From: Zygnema circumcarinatum SAG 698-1b
Taxonomy: Eukaryota; Plantae; Zygnematophyceae
DNA length: 64,000 nucleotides
Direction of reading: 5' to 3'
Assembly: GCA_037447605.1 (NCBI GenBank)
Contig: CM074810.1
Location: 1,150,880-1,214,879, forward strand
The notes under the pieces are model-generated. The model had not been told where the DNA came from. It saw only the letters and a list, made by a program, of their open reading frames with translations, and ran no database searches. Below are positions 22,261 through 34,900 of this stretch, piece by piece (position 1 is the stretch's first letter; each line of letters begins with the position of its first letter). The position numbers and the translations under genes are program-made.

Positions 22261-23727
22261 TGACTTCACGGCCGTTAAGATGCCAATATGAGGAAGGCCA
22301 CATATGCCTTGATTCAACTGCAGTTGGTTACCCCGCAGATATTCTGTTTACCTATTTTTTGGGGTCCTACTGTTTGGATTGGCTGGAAGCAGCATTTATT
22401 GAGAATGTGCTACCACTGGGGGATCATGACTAGTTAGAGAGGCAGATGCAGTGTGAGGATTGAAGGGCAGGGGACTCGAGCTCAGACAGAGAGGCCAACT
22501 AGATCTATGTCAGACTCATTTCTTCTGTATATGTACATGTATTAGGGCGGTTGGCTAGTGGGTTTAACAGCAGCTTCTTCAGCTTACTCTCGTCTCCAGA
22601 ACTGTATGACAATGAGACCAATCATGTTCTGAATGGGAGCTGACCTGAACAGCCGGTGAATTGTCTGCTTCTCGGTTTCACAATGCTTGGTTGGTTTGCC
22701 CAAACTCTGCGTTTTCAGTACGCATTCAATGGCGACGGTTAGCAAACTATGTGATGGTATGAGTTTGCTTGACATGCGCGTCCGATGCATCGTCTCCACA
22801 CGTTGCTGGCTCATGGGAGGTGGTGCTTCTGCCCCTGTCAATTACTGTCTGCGCGTGGCCTTAGCGGAGGCATTGGATGATACGCTGCCGCGTCCGCCTG
22901 TCCCATCCCATCCCATCCATGTCATGTGCCGCACAGGCAGGCAGAGATCCGTCCATCAGCAACGCGTTGAGAAGCACGCAAGGACGGCCTTTTGTGCCGT
23001 TGGATGAACGCACTCAGCGGCGAGCGCATCCCCACCGTCCGTGCGAGGACGCATCGACGGTTGGCTTAAAATGAGACCTACAATATACAAAGCAGCTCGG
23101 CTCCCATTGTTGTCTACGAGGAGGGCTGGAGGAGCAACGCATTCCAATACTGTACCGAAATAAGACAAGACAAGACAAGACTGTCTCAGAAGCACACTCC
23201 TTCCGACATACGAGATTCAAGATGTTGCAGAAAGCACTGCTATCTCTATTTACTTCAAGAGCAAGCCTTCATTTCAAATGTTAGGGGTTTTCTTTTCTTT
23301 ATAAAACTAAATCATAACTTGTGTCAAGGATACTCCTCCAACCGGCTTACAAGTCATACATTGACATGACCAATCATCTATTCAGCACTGACTGGCCCTG
23401 CTTTGTCAAAGAGCAGACTCTCCAATCTACTCCTAACTACCTAAAATCTCTCGCTCCCGCTCCAGGGCAGTACTAGCCTGAAAATACTACCCTGAAAAAA
23501 TCATTTAAAACCCTAACTAGCTGCGGTTCTTAAGGGTAAGAGCCATTTTAGCATACCCCCTTAACCACAGCCGGCCGTGCCATGCCGCTTCAAATAGAAA
23601 TCTAACCTCCTTCAAAACTGGCTTAACCCAGCGTAAGCAATGTCTGTGCCTACTCAGCCACATTTCAGTGCTCCCAAATTTCTGCAACTACTAGTCCCGT
23701 GTCAGGTTGGCTCCCACACTAAAAAAA

Positions 23728-26452
23728 TTACGATTCTGTCCCTGCCTCGGACACTGACATGCTTGGCCCGACTCCTAATAGTCGAGCCGTAAGCTCCCAC
23801 GCTACAATAGCGGCTGCATTAGCAGGAAATGCTCGAGCAAGCGTTGGTCCAAGGCCAGCATAAAGCCCTCGAAGTCCAGCTTCCTTGTAAAGCTGCGGGC
23901 AACCAAATGATAAGGGAAACAATAAGAAAAAAGACATAAAGCAGAACCCCACTCTTGTTCAAGGAAAATTGGAGCCTGCAGCTAGACTTTTTCGTGCTCT
24001 CTCGCAGGGCTGAATGCTCAGCAGAATGCTCAGGAAGGGATTTACACGTGAGATCGTTATTCTGCTCTGATCAAAACCACGAAAGGGGAGATGAAGAAAA
24101 GTAGAGTTCGCCCCTGTCAGACGAGGAAGGGGCAGGGTAGCCCACCGCATGCAGTAGCTGCAAGATGCTTTCTTTAGAGGGTTGCCCTTTTCCAGTCTGT
24201 ATTCTCGTCTTCACAACGTCCAACGGAAGCACTGCCACCCAGAACTGCCCACAGATGCTCCCGTCAGCAGTGCCCATCTTGTAAAGAATACTGCGAGTCC
24301 AAAATATGGAGTCGACTAGGAATAGCCATCAGGATTAGCTAGAGGTGGTGATGCTTGGTCCTGACCTAATAAACCAGTGAAAAAGCATAACTTCAACTTG
24401 AAATATACCTTAAAAACCTTAGCTGCCCCAAAGACCTGCAGCAATCCACACATCAGGCATAGCGGTAGACTTGAAGTCATACTCTACTCCAATTTCATTC
24501 CCCCATTCTTACAGTAAGGCTGCCTCATCTTGCCCTCCACTCACCGCGACTCCTGCGCATCCACCGCTCACAACTCCCGTTCCCACTTCCACCAAAGCCT
24601 TTCGTTTGAAATCTTTCTGGCTGTCAAGGGTCCCTCCCAAAGTTTGCAGCATACGAAAGCGAATACATTCATACGTGGTAAAAAATATGGTATTCCCGAC
24701 TGATTCTCGAATTGCAGTGGCCTTCAAACCCCGAAACAGGCCACGAACCTGCACAATGCCAGCAGAAGCTAAACTAATTAATTATGCTTGAATTGCTGGT
24801 CAATCTACGTACGATACATTATAGGCAGCCTTCAGGAATACTTTAAAGTCGCCATGTATGGTTTCAACATACCCCCTCTTGATGAAATGTTTTCCTTACG
24901 ACATCCCATGGCCCACTATAAAACCGTCCATCAGCAACCGACGAGTTCCCCTTCACCTGAACCTGCAAGCGACACTGCATTTCGGAGAAGCTTTCCCACC
25001 ATGCCCACCACTACTTAGTACAGCTCTTGTACATTCTCAATAACAAGTCTGAACAAGAGAGTAGTGCCTACGTTGAGTAGCTGTATGTGCAAACTCACCT
25101 TGACCAGTTCTGTAGGGCATAAAACTGCGCTAACTCCTGCTCCGGCTGTTGCTGCTGCCAGAATGGTTGTGGAGAGCTCAGGCGAGTACCTACCTCCACC
25201 CTGCAATGGACCTCCAGGTGAGACATGTCATATTCTTCCCCTCTTTGGAAATCCTCCATTGGAAACGGCACAGGCATTGATCTGTAAAACTTCAACATTT
25301 GGAAAATCCTGAGCAAACACTGCAGGCATATTGTAGTCTGGAAAGAGTCTCTGACATACGAATAAAAATGAAGAGCTACTTTATGGAGAGGAAGTAACCA
25401 CCTGCAGAGCAACTTTGACTTGTGTGTACACTCCCAACAGCAATGAGCTTTCCACTGCGACGCCCAAGAATGAAGAAGTAGCACCTTTGTACAAACCCTT
25501 TACCTGGAACACCCCACTCACCATGTACCCAGGGAGTAGAAGTAAGGAGTGGAAAGTCCTGAAGCAATTAATCGACATCATCAACTGCTTAATAAATTCG
25601 AATGGAAATGCAGCCAGCTTCACGCAAGGATCTACAAAGCTCCATAATCCATTGCCTATTCGAGATGATGCTTAAGAATAGCATGTAAAGGAATGTAGCT
25701 CAGTACCCCTTCCGTCTGGAGGATGCGGCTCGTGCAATGAAGAGCCCCTCGATATCGCTCTGCATGCACTGCTGTGTTTTGTGTTTGGAGATGGACCTAC
25801 ACGAACCATAAACACCAACCTTAAAGCCCCTTCAAAGCACAAAATTGCCAAATGGCTTCTGGATGACTAAGGACTTTGCCTATTATTCCTGTAGTTAAGT
25901 GATTCGTGGGTTGCCATACGGTGCTTGTATGAGGATGCTTGGAAAACAGGCAAGCACACAAAAGGATGTAGTGACATATTTAAAGCATGTCTATAACCTG
26001 TGGCAATGGCCAAATGTTTAATCTCAATAGTTCAAGGGCTCAAGGGTTGGGCAAAGATTAGGAAGTATAAAATAACTGAATGCTTGACCAAATGCACGAT
26101 ATCCTGCATTTTCCCTTTGCATTGCACCATTGGTATTCCTACATGAATGCCTGGCCAATCGGTTTTCTGTAAACGCTTTGTAACCTTCTTGCAGCAATGT
26201 ACGACTCGTTGTCAGCTAAGGAATAAGAGATGAGAGGCGAGAAGACAAAAATGAAAAGCCCACAACTTATTTGAGTGACTGAAATGCGTTACGAAGCGTA
26301 GGAAGGAGAGAATCGTCGTGAATTGCTAAATAAATGTAGGGATGTTTAACACACACCTTAACTGTGTCAAACGGATGTCCCGCCAATACCATTGTAACTC
26401 CTGACACCAATCCTGCAAAATAATCTTTTGCAGCATCGCTCACACCCCCCAT
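23728..26452 (-). CDS. BAC1: Mitochondrial carrier, basic amino-acid transporter BAC1-like; about 6 exons
   Basis: Three carrier repeats: GHPFDTVK, LCPTELVK, VLPLDVVKTRIQ; GLYKGATSSFLGVAVESSLLLG, RESVGN-IFF-TYE, GLYAGLGPTLARAFPANAAAIVAWE as in plant BAC1. Confidence 0.93.
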
Positions 26453-27044
26453 TCTCCTCCACCAACGTCTTGCGTCTCAAGAGCACAGAATGAGTATTGA
26501 AGCTGGAGATAACTTTCTAGAGTACAATGCGTTCATAGGCACTGCAATAACTTCGCTGCTAATTGACCTCACAGGCTGAAAAATCGTCGGCTCCCTCTTT
26601 GTCCACCTCAATTGCTTGCAAAACAGCCATCACCGAGAGCTAGTAATTCTGCTTGCCAGCTCTCATCAATCAGAACGGTTCCTTCTATATGTTCTATGAC
26701 ATGCTCGTTTCTGCTGCTACTACAATGGTGCCTCTGCCAACTGGCCCATTGAGCTTGCTGCTCCGTCCGCAAGTATGTCTGCGAGCGTGAGCACATCCAC
26801 TAGTGCTCCCAATCTCAGCCATCACACGCATTCTCTCCCAGCTGCTGAGCTCAGAAGCATTTTCCAGAGACGCAGCTGCAGGTGCGTGGATTCTTAAAAC
26901 TCTCCTCTCCTCTCCTAGATTCCGTGCGCAGCGTTTGAACTTTCAAGATAGGAACGAAGCGCCTCTTCCGCAAAATATCTGTAAAGCGGCGCCCTGCGAA
27001 AGTTGAGCAGAAGCAGGGAGAGATTTGCAGCCTTCTTGCGCGCG

Positions 27045-30000
27045 ATGGCTGCAGCGAGCCGATGCCTATCATCATGTTCTCTTACTGCTCGCTTTTATTC
27101 TCCGGATTCCTCCTTGACAGTTGGCTCTTGTAGGCCTGGGAGTAGTTTGGGAGCTAACTCTTGCTCCATTCGCCAGGGTCTGACGCAAGCGCTAGAACGG
27201 CCGTGTCGGCATCTCATGGCAGGATGCGGCAAAATGCACACTGACTTTGTCCGGGGAAGTTTTGCTGATTTTGAATCATTGTGTGCTCAAAGTGGAAGCA
27301 AGAGATGTCTGCTGCTTGGGCCATCCTTGCGACGCTCTTCAAAGGGAGCCACTAAAGCAATGGTAGGATTTGGGAGACCCGGAAAAGGTCCAGCTGATAT
27401 CATGAAGAAAATGCCATCCTCACTGTCTCCTCCGGGTCTTGGGCAATTTCGCCCTCCAAATTTGCCAGGTCAGTGTGAAAGCTTCTGCCTCTGGTTGTTT
27501 CGCCCATTTTGTAAGCATATACAGGAATCCATTACCGTGAGGGCTCCTTGTAAATAAACTGTAGACGCCTTTGTTGAAAGGCTTCTTTTGATTCTGTATA
27601 TGCTTTTCTATGTATTGCCGTTGATGTGTCGCATTGGGCCGCATGACAATCATCATTCGAGTCATTCAATTCCATTTTTTCTATGAGTCCATTCTCGCAT
27701 GAAAAATTGGTCCAATCTCGCATCTACTAAATGAAACCGAAGTTTCTCGAATCGAAGAAACGCTGCATGCTAGTCACACAGAGGGTTATGGCTCTCTCCT
27801 TTTGGAGCTTCTGTGAATATAACTTGGAAATCAACGAGCAAGCTGTTTGGAGAATCGGCCAGTATCAGCATGGACCACCGTCAAACCCTTTGGATAAACA
27901 CAAATCTTGCTCTTACTTCCTTTCATTCATTCGCGGCACCACCGATAAGACAAAAATAAGTTCCATTCATTTCCTCACATGTTAAAGGACCAAAGCAACT
28001 TCCACCTCGTTGTCTCGTGCTTTTGCAGGTGAAGACTTGCTTTTTGTAAAGACAGAAGGTAATAACATATTCCTTCTATTTCCTTTTGGTTGCAGTTCCT
28101 GGTATGCGGATGCCACCCAATGATAGTCAGCAGGATCAAGCAAGTATTGAGAAGCAAAAGAGGGTGGAGGCTTTGTTGGAGGTCGTAAGGGAAGCGAAGG
28201 GGAGCTGGCAAGAACGTGCTGCTGCAATAAGGTGAACATTACAGCTGCAGAAACAAAAGAAAGAAAAACTCTCTGACGGGGATTCTGTAGTATTAATTGC
28301 ATACCGACAGACAGCTTCGAGCTCTAACCCTGTATATTTTTCTGCATTTTGTTCAATAAGATGAGAACCCCTTTATTAGTGGACTCTCAGATTGTTTGGA
28401 GTCACCACACCTGAGAGATCAAGCCTACTAATGTCTACGAACTTACCATGAACGAAGTCAATCACGTTTAAACTTTTAATGGACTACCTATGGGACACAG
28501 TGAGGCATCTGATCTGGGAAAAAAATTCACCATATGCTTACGTCCCATTAACATGGCTCCAATATCCAACTACTGTCCACTACGACCTAAGTGACCCTGA
28601 CCTTTACTCGTCACAGCGTCTTGTTTTTATGCTTTCGCCGTTCTAGATCATACTTGTCAGAGTGAGAATTATGCATTTGTTCTGTTTTTACGGGTGTGGT
28701 TTATGTGATGTCATCGTTGTCATAAAAAAAAGCTATTCTGGTGAAAGCAGCAGAACTACTTTAGACGTGGGTTGCATCCGTGTAACAATCTACTGGAAAG
28801 AAAAGCCGAGGAGAGCTACATTTGTCGAGGCCCAGCGGCTTCAGGGTTTAGAGGGTTCATGCAGAGTAGTTCACAAAGGTGGGTTGAAGCATGCAACTTG
28901 CAAGCCTTCATATTTGGAGGGCTTCCATGTTGCTGTGGGAGGCAGAGAGCTGCATCAAGATGGAGGATTCACTACTGAAACACTTTATGAGGCCACCCTT
29001 GTATCCTATGACAAGCAGACATCCATGGTGGTTGCGTTGCAGGTGAGCCCTAATGATCATAGCTCAAGCTTGAGATGCAACTCAAGGCTGACTTTATCAA
29101 CATAGAATCGCTCTTAGTCTACGCGCACAAATTGGCTAATCTCGATTGTCGTGTGATAAGATTTCTCGGAAGTTTATTTATTCCACTTTCTATTGGTCTC
29201 ATGTTGGAACTCAGATAAGCTTGTCCATAACTCTGACGTTCAAGGGTGTCTTCATTGTTTGCATTCTCCTCTCCTTTTAGATACGCCAATTCTTATCATA
29301 GAAGATCGCTCCAATTCTTATTATAGAATATCGCTAAGTTGTGAAAGGCTCCCAGCTATAACGCATCGTGTTTCAAGTGACTTGATCACTCGATAAAATG
29401 CAACTTGTCTTTGAGTAATGAGTTTTCAATGATGTCAATACAGTTTTACGACTCAGTGGCAGCAGCCGGCGCTTCTGAAGACTTGCTAACGCAGATTGGG
29501 GAATCACAAATTGAGCTCTTGTATCAGCTGCGAACTCTTTCTGGGCAGCAGCGCCGGGTAAGAATGTATCTTATCTATGAGTATTTGCTGACGTATCCGG
29601 AAAGGCTTACTACATATAAAAAGATCTTGCTGACTGTGAGATCCTGCACGGTGAATGGGGCGTAGTATCTCCCAACCAGCAAGGCAGATACTTTAATCGT
29701 GCATACGAAGCAGTATATACCTTTGGTCTATGGCTGCATATACCAGACAGTGGAGATGCGGCGTGCAGCTGTAGCATCTGCTTGTCTGTCAAACAATTTA
29801 CAAACTGTTTGGTCTGAGGGGTGGTGCAGAGAGCCGTAGAGTATATGCTGGAGACCGGCCTTAATGTGGACGGTGCCCGTGAGTTAGCCAAAGCTATCAA
29901 GGATCACGAACGGCGCCCACAAGGGCGTGAGGTGAGGCTCTCTTCCTCTCTGGAGATTCTGCCATCAGAGGACCATGGGGCTATCTTTAAGGAAGGGATG

Positions 30001-30572
30001 CGTAGGGCATTCACTTCCTATGGAGGTTCTGGAAACCCTTTGCTTTGTAACTTGGCATTAGAGGGAAACCATTCTTCTGTTGGGGATGTGGCAACAAGAA
30101 AAGGAGTGCATTCTGCGCATTTGTAACTACAAGCATTACGCATGTTGGATTGTTCGTCATCTTAGTTGTTCAGTCATGAGAAAGTGAAAGTGTGTTTTTT
30201 TTCGATATTCCCTATAACTAAGGTCCTTGAGCTCTTTCATTTCAAGTTGACTTTTTATTGGGTTGAGTTGTGCCTGCTTGCTAGTCCTGGTCTCTGTGTA
30301 TCGAAACGGCAAGATGAGTCAATGGCAGTTCATGCTGGCCAGTCCTCAGAAAGTGAACGAAGATTTCACTTGGAATCTAACTTTACGGTGCTGACTTCGT
30401 GCCTCCTGCCCTGCAGGGCTTCACAACTGCTCCGGGAGACTGCTTGGCCTTCATGCTGCACCGGGCAGCTGGGGAAACCGCGGATTCAGAGACTCGGGAG
30501 AGCTTTGTGCAGCGTGGGCTGAGCGTTGCCGTGTCAGATTCTGCGAGGCAGCGATTTGCAGAATTCGCTTAG
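27045..30572 (+). CDS. RAF1: Rubisco accumulation factor 1 (RAF1)-family protein with HTH and alpha-domain only; exons 27045-27468, 28096-28231, 28946-29042, 29444-29557, 29830-29931, 30417-30572; 342 aa
   Basis: Ser/Arg-rich transit-peptide-like N-terminus, GQFRPP, LLEVVREAKGSWQERAAAIRELHQDGGFTTETLYEAT...MVVALQ, ELLYQLRTL, GARELAKAIKD, PGDCLAFM, RGLSVAVSDSARQRF then stop; all joins phase-consistent GT-AG. Confidence 0.82.
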
Positions 30573-31204
30573 GCATGGCTTGAATTTCCGAATGGAAGAT
30601 GGAGTGGTTAGTCGTCTATATGATCATCACCATGTGCTGTATTCAATGGGGGACAAGAAACCATTGTCCCTTGATTTCTTTGATGGGGACAAAGGTCTAA
30701 GGTCTAAGGTTGGAGACAAGCCATGGGTGGCTTAGCGATGACAGTCTGATGAGTCTTACTCTGTATGGTAGGAGGATGGGTGCATGTGAGGGTTAGGGTT
30801 TCAGTTGGAGTTGATCCTGTCCTTAAACCCTAGTTGAACGCATCATCGTAACGGTGTGCCATGCTGGCAATCCATTTATTCCCCCCTGCTGAAGGGGTCT
30901 CGATTTAATAATTTATATCATCTCAAGTAAAGCTCAGGGTAGACAGTATCATGTCGATGTGTTTATTTATTTTTCAAACTTTAAAAATTGTAAACTTACT
31001 TTTATGTCGACAGCCTGCCCGGTGGCCGCTCAGGTGACGGAGGTTGCCCATGTTCATGTCAGCATGCCTAGAGTGGATGAGGAACCGTACAGGGATCCAC
31101 TGCCGTTCAGTGTGCACTGAAGCGCAGATGGGATCATAGGATCAACCGTTGGAATAGTTGAGAACCACGAGGGCTCGGGACCAAACAACGATTGCCAGTG
31201 GTTG

Positions 31205-31520
31205 CGACCCTTGGACTGCGACCCAGCCAACCATTGCTTATGGTTACTACCATTGAATTCCATGGTTGCGAACCATTGGCGTAGGACCCAGCCAACCATT
31301 GCCTATGGTTACAACCATTGGATTCAATGGTTGCGAACCATTGGCGTAGGACCCAGCCAACCATTGCCTATGGTTACAACCATTGGATTCAATGGTTGCG
31401 AACCATTGGCGTAGGGCCCAGTCAACCATTGTCAATGGTCGGAACCATTGGAACCATTTCTGTAGATGCCAGCGGTTTGCCAACCATTCTAATGGTTGAG
31501 AACGTCCAATGGCTAGCCAA
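31205..31520. repeat. Minisatellite with 65-bp unit rich in AACCATTG/CAATGGTT inverted motifs
   Basis: Two identical 65-bp units at 31271-31335 and 31336-31400, plus diverged flanking copies. Confidence 0.92.
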
Positions 31521-31635
31521 TGTTTGGCGTTCCGATGGCCCCCACCGCCCGCCCGCCCGCCCGCCCGCCCGCCTTCGTTCCGGAGCACCGCTGCGCGCCG
31601 CTCCATGCTCGCCGTTGCGCGCTCCGTTTCGTTCT

Positions 31636-31735
31636 GCCACGTGGGCCAGCCCGCCAAGAAGCCGTTCGCTGCCGCAAATTCAAAAGCGCCGCCTGTCACG
31701 GGGCCCGCCTGCGCTGACGTGGCGCCCACGTGGCA
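31636..31735 (+). promoter_or_regulatory. G-box/ABRE cluster upstream of the GH5 gene
   Basis: CACGTG at 31638, ACGTGGC at 31717, CACGTGGC at 31727, 200-290 bp before ATG 31928 in a GC-rich island. Confidence 0.5.
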
Positions 31736-31927
31736 CCCGGTCAGAGGCGGCTTGACAGGCACCAAGCCCCTCCCTCCCTGGCTCTTTCCCCTCCCTCCCA
31801 CTCCTACCTCCTCTCGCCCACCCTCCCTCTCCTGCTCTCCCTCCCTCCCAGCACAAGTATTGCGGCGCGGCCGCCGCTGCACACTTTTCAGGTTCACACG
31901 TTTCAGGGTATTTTGAAGGCGAAGAAA

Positions 31928-34900
31928 ATGAGGGACTCAGGCGGGCTCGCTGCTGGCGGCGCATTCCTGCTCGGCCTCCTGCTGCTGCTTGAGGCGCCCG
32001 GGAGCTGCTGGCAGTCAGGAAGGAGCGGGATGGCTGCCGCGGAGAATGAGCCGCGTTACGGGAGGGTGGCAGGGAGAGGGCAATGTGAGCACCATCCTTT
32101 CAGTTGTAGCCTTTATCTAGGTGGTGGTGGTAATCTTTTACTTTTGATATTTTCTATTTTTTCTACAAGGGCGTTGTGGAATGACTCTGGAATAACGGAT
32201 TGCCAATTGAACAGGTAGTTTTCCTTTAGTTATTCTTAAGTTTTTCACGGTTTCATTCGTGAAGGGAAGCGTTTTTGCTGTTTGTTAGCATTCCCTGCAT
32301 TCACGTTGACAACATTACCAAACCACTTTAGGAAGGTGGCAGGAAGTGTGAAACGTGGAAATTTTATGTCTACAGTTGCTTTGTTAAGGAAAGGTGCCTT
32401 TTTTTGCTGCTTAGTAGACTTTGGACCCCCCTGAGCACGATATCAGAGCTTCAGTTCTTCTGTAAGGGCGCTAGGAGACCAGCTTCGAGGGTTTTGGGAT
32501 AAAGGACGGTGGTCTTCTGATTTCCTTTCGTTTTTCAAGTAAGAAAGATCCTTCAGTTCGTGATTTTGCTTCTAAAGCTGGCTGTTCCTACATGCAGATT
32601 GGGATTCTGGAGCTTCTGCTGTCTCCTCGTGGAAGAACGTTGCAAGGAGACAGGTAGGAGATATTTGTAGTCTCTGGCTTTCCTGATTTGCACCAGAAAA
32701 TGAAAGGTTTGACCGTTAGACTTCAGCTGGACGCTTTGTGAGATTATTATTGTTGAGTTTATGGCAAGAATTCTTGGCCGGGAGGGCTCAGAATCAAAGA
32801 TTCTATACCATACCAAAGACCTCTGGCGGGGAGGGCTATTGGAGCACAAAAGGCAATCGCATTGTGGATGAGAATGGCGACAAAGTGAGTGCTATAACCT
32901 GTCACTGCTGAAACATAAGAGTTCCAAAATGGAATCGTGAAAATTCACACTTTTCAACAAAACCTGCTTTCTTGCTAGTCTCTCCTTCGCTTTCTTCCGG
33001 AGCTTTGTCAATTTTGTTTTAATCAAGAAATTTTGCTCGTCCTATTCCGCCAATACTTTAGCCCAGCGGATTGCTTTGGTGTAGAACCTTTATAACTTTG
33101 TGCTGCCACTTGTGGGACGCTAGAAGGATGGGCCGTATAGTGCGCAATAATTTGCTGCTTTACACTCTCTCTATCAATGCCTTTGATGACTAAGTTTATC
33201 TGGCCAGTAAAAATCGTTGTCATGGTGAATCAGCGTATAATCGCATTGTCTCTGGTGGCTCAACTCCCCATAGGCAGTTCAGAATAAACCTGCTTTCTGG
33301 TTTTGGCTTATGTGGAAGCTAATCGATCCGGGCTGGGCGAGCAGGTGTATTTTTCAGGAATTAATTGGCAAGGCTTTGAGTATGTGGGCTGCGTCGTTGA
33401 TGGTTTGATGAATCGCTCCATTGATTCACATCTCGACCAGATGTTGGAGTTAGGATTCAACCTGATTCGACTGCCATTCTGTGGCATCTGCATTCAAGAA
33501 GGCGTCTTTCCCACTCCGGGATACATCAACTTGACGTTGAATCCTAACTTAGATGTAGGAGCCTTTCCAAAAACCAGGCTCTGCCGTCTTCCAAACCGGT
33601 CAAAATTCTGCTTTTGCGCACTCCTTTAACACTGAAACCGATGACGTTTAGTCATAGTCTACAGTTGAGGCTCACACCAACAAACGGGTGGAAGCTGGTG
33701 ACTGCAGAATCTGACCAGCATTGAGGTATATTCCGAAGTGGTCAAAAGGGCGGGGCTACGTAACATGAAGGTCATTTTGGATTATCACCGACTGGCACCC
33801 CCTTTTCGGTACGATGAGGAATATGGGTTGTGGTACAATGGCACGTATAACATGGCCTACTTTTTAAGAACGTGGAAGATGGTGGTTACAAGGTTTGTGA
33901 ACGATTCAACAGTTGTTGGGGTGAGTAATCCTCCGCCTCAACTGGCATCTCCTGCTATTCTATGGTGTCCTTGCTTTTGAACTTCGCTGTTCTGGTATGC
34001 AAGGAAACGTCCAAATGTCTTATGTTTGCTACTAGTGTGCTTCTTGTTTGTCAGTTTGACGCTTTCGGTCGTGAGCTTTAGAGTTGGAGTTTGACTATTA
34101 AAGTTCTAGTGAAGTCGGTTTGGAGAGAGAATTCTGGCTGAATAAAGTACATGAGTATTGTGCTCAATAATGGAAAGAAGCTGAAGGTCGATTATGTCTG
34201 CAGTAAGGTTGGTCTGCACGTCGACCTAACGAGTGTCCTTCTTTCCTTTTTCTGGTCGGAACTATTGTTGGTCCTTAATTTACTTTTGGCCTCCAAGTGT
34301 TCAGGCAGCCTGTAATTTTGACCGTCATTGTAGTGCTTCATGTTGTCCTCATCCCGGGAAGCAGATAAGAGAGTTCTCTGACAGATGAAAGTGGGCTTGT
34401 GGTGATGATGAATGTGGGGGAGCAGGTGGATATATTCAATGAACCCCACAATTACAAGGACTACGATGGTCCCTATTGGTTGCCAGATGATCGAGCTCAG
34501 ACGCCACTTCTCAACTGGAGAACAGCAGCGAGAAGGCAAATATGGCCCCTTTCCCTTCCCCACCTAAACAACAAAAGATGGCTGGAAACAATGCTCTACT
34601 TTGAAGAGTAAGAGAGGGAGGCAGGTGGTTCAAGAAGAGTGAACTAACCTGATTCAGTCTTCGTCTGCTTCTGAGCAGGGCTGGAAACCTCATTCTTTCC
34701 ATCAATCCCCACCTGCTCATCTGTGTGCAAGGCTTGTGGAATGGCACCGGATTTGGAGAAAATCTCGAGGGAGTTCGAACTCTGCCGCTTAAACTCAATG
34801 TGAGTGACCAGTGAGCAAGCGAGAGAGGGGGAGAGAGAGAGGGAGAGGGGGAGGGGGCAAAGAGGGCTCTGCGTGCATGAACACCTGCATGCATGCAAGG

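Noticed and set aside
22584-23220. ORFs and a small AGCAAACT/AGTTTGCT hairpin between VTI1 and BAC1 as a gene or snoRNA/miRNA
   Set aside because: The stem is short, no box C/D or H/ACA motifs were placed correctly, and the ORFs are unrecognisable.
31271-31455. 65-bp repeats with internal palindromes as a CRISPR array
   Set aside because: Units are head-to-tail with no unique spacers, there are no cas genes, and the context is eukaryotic.
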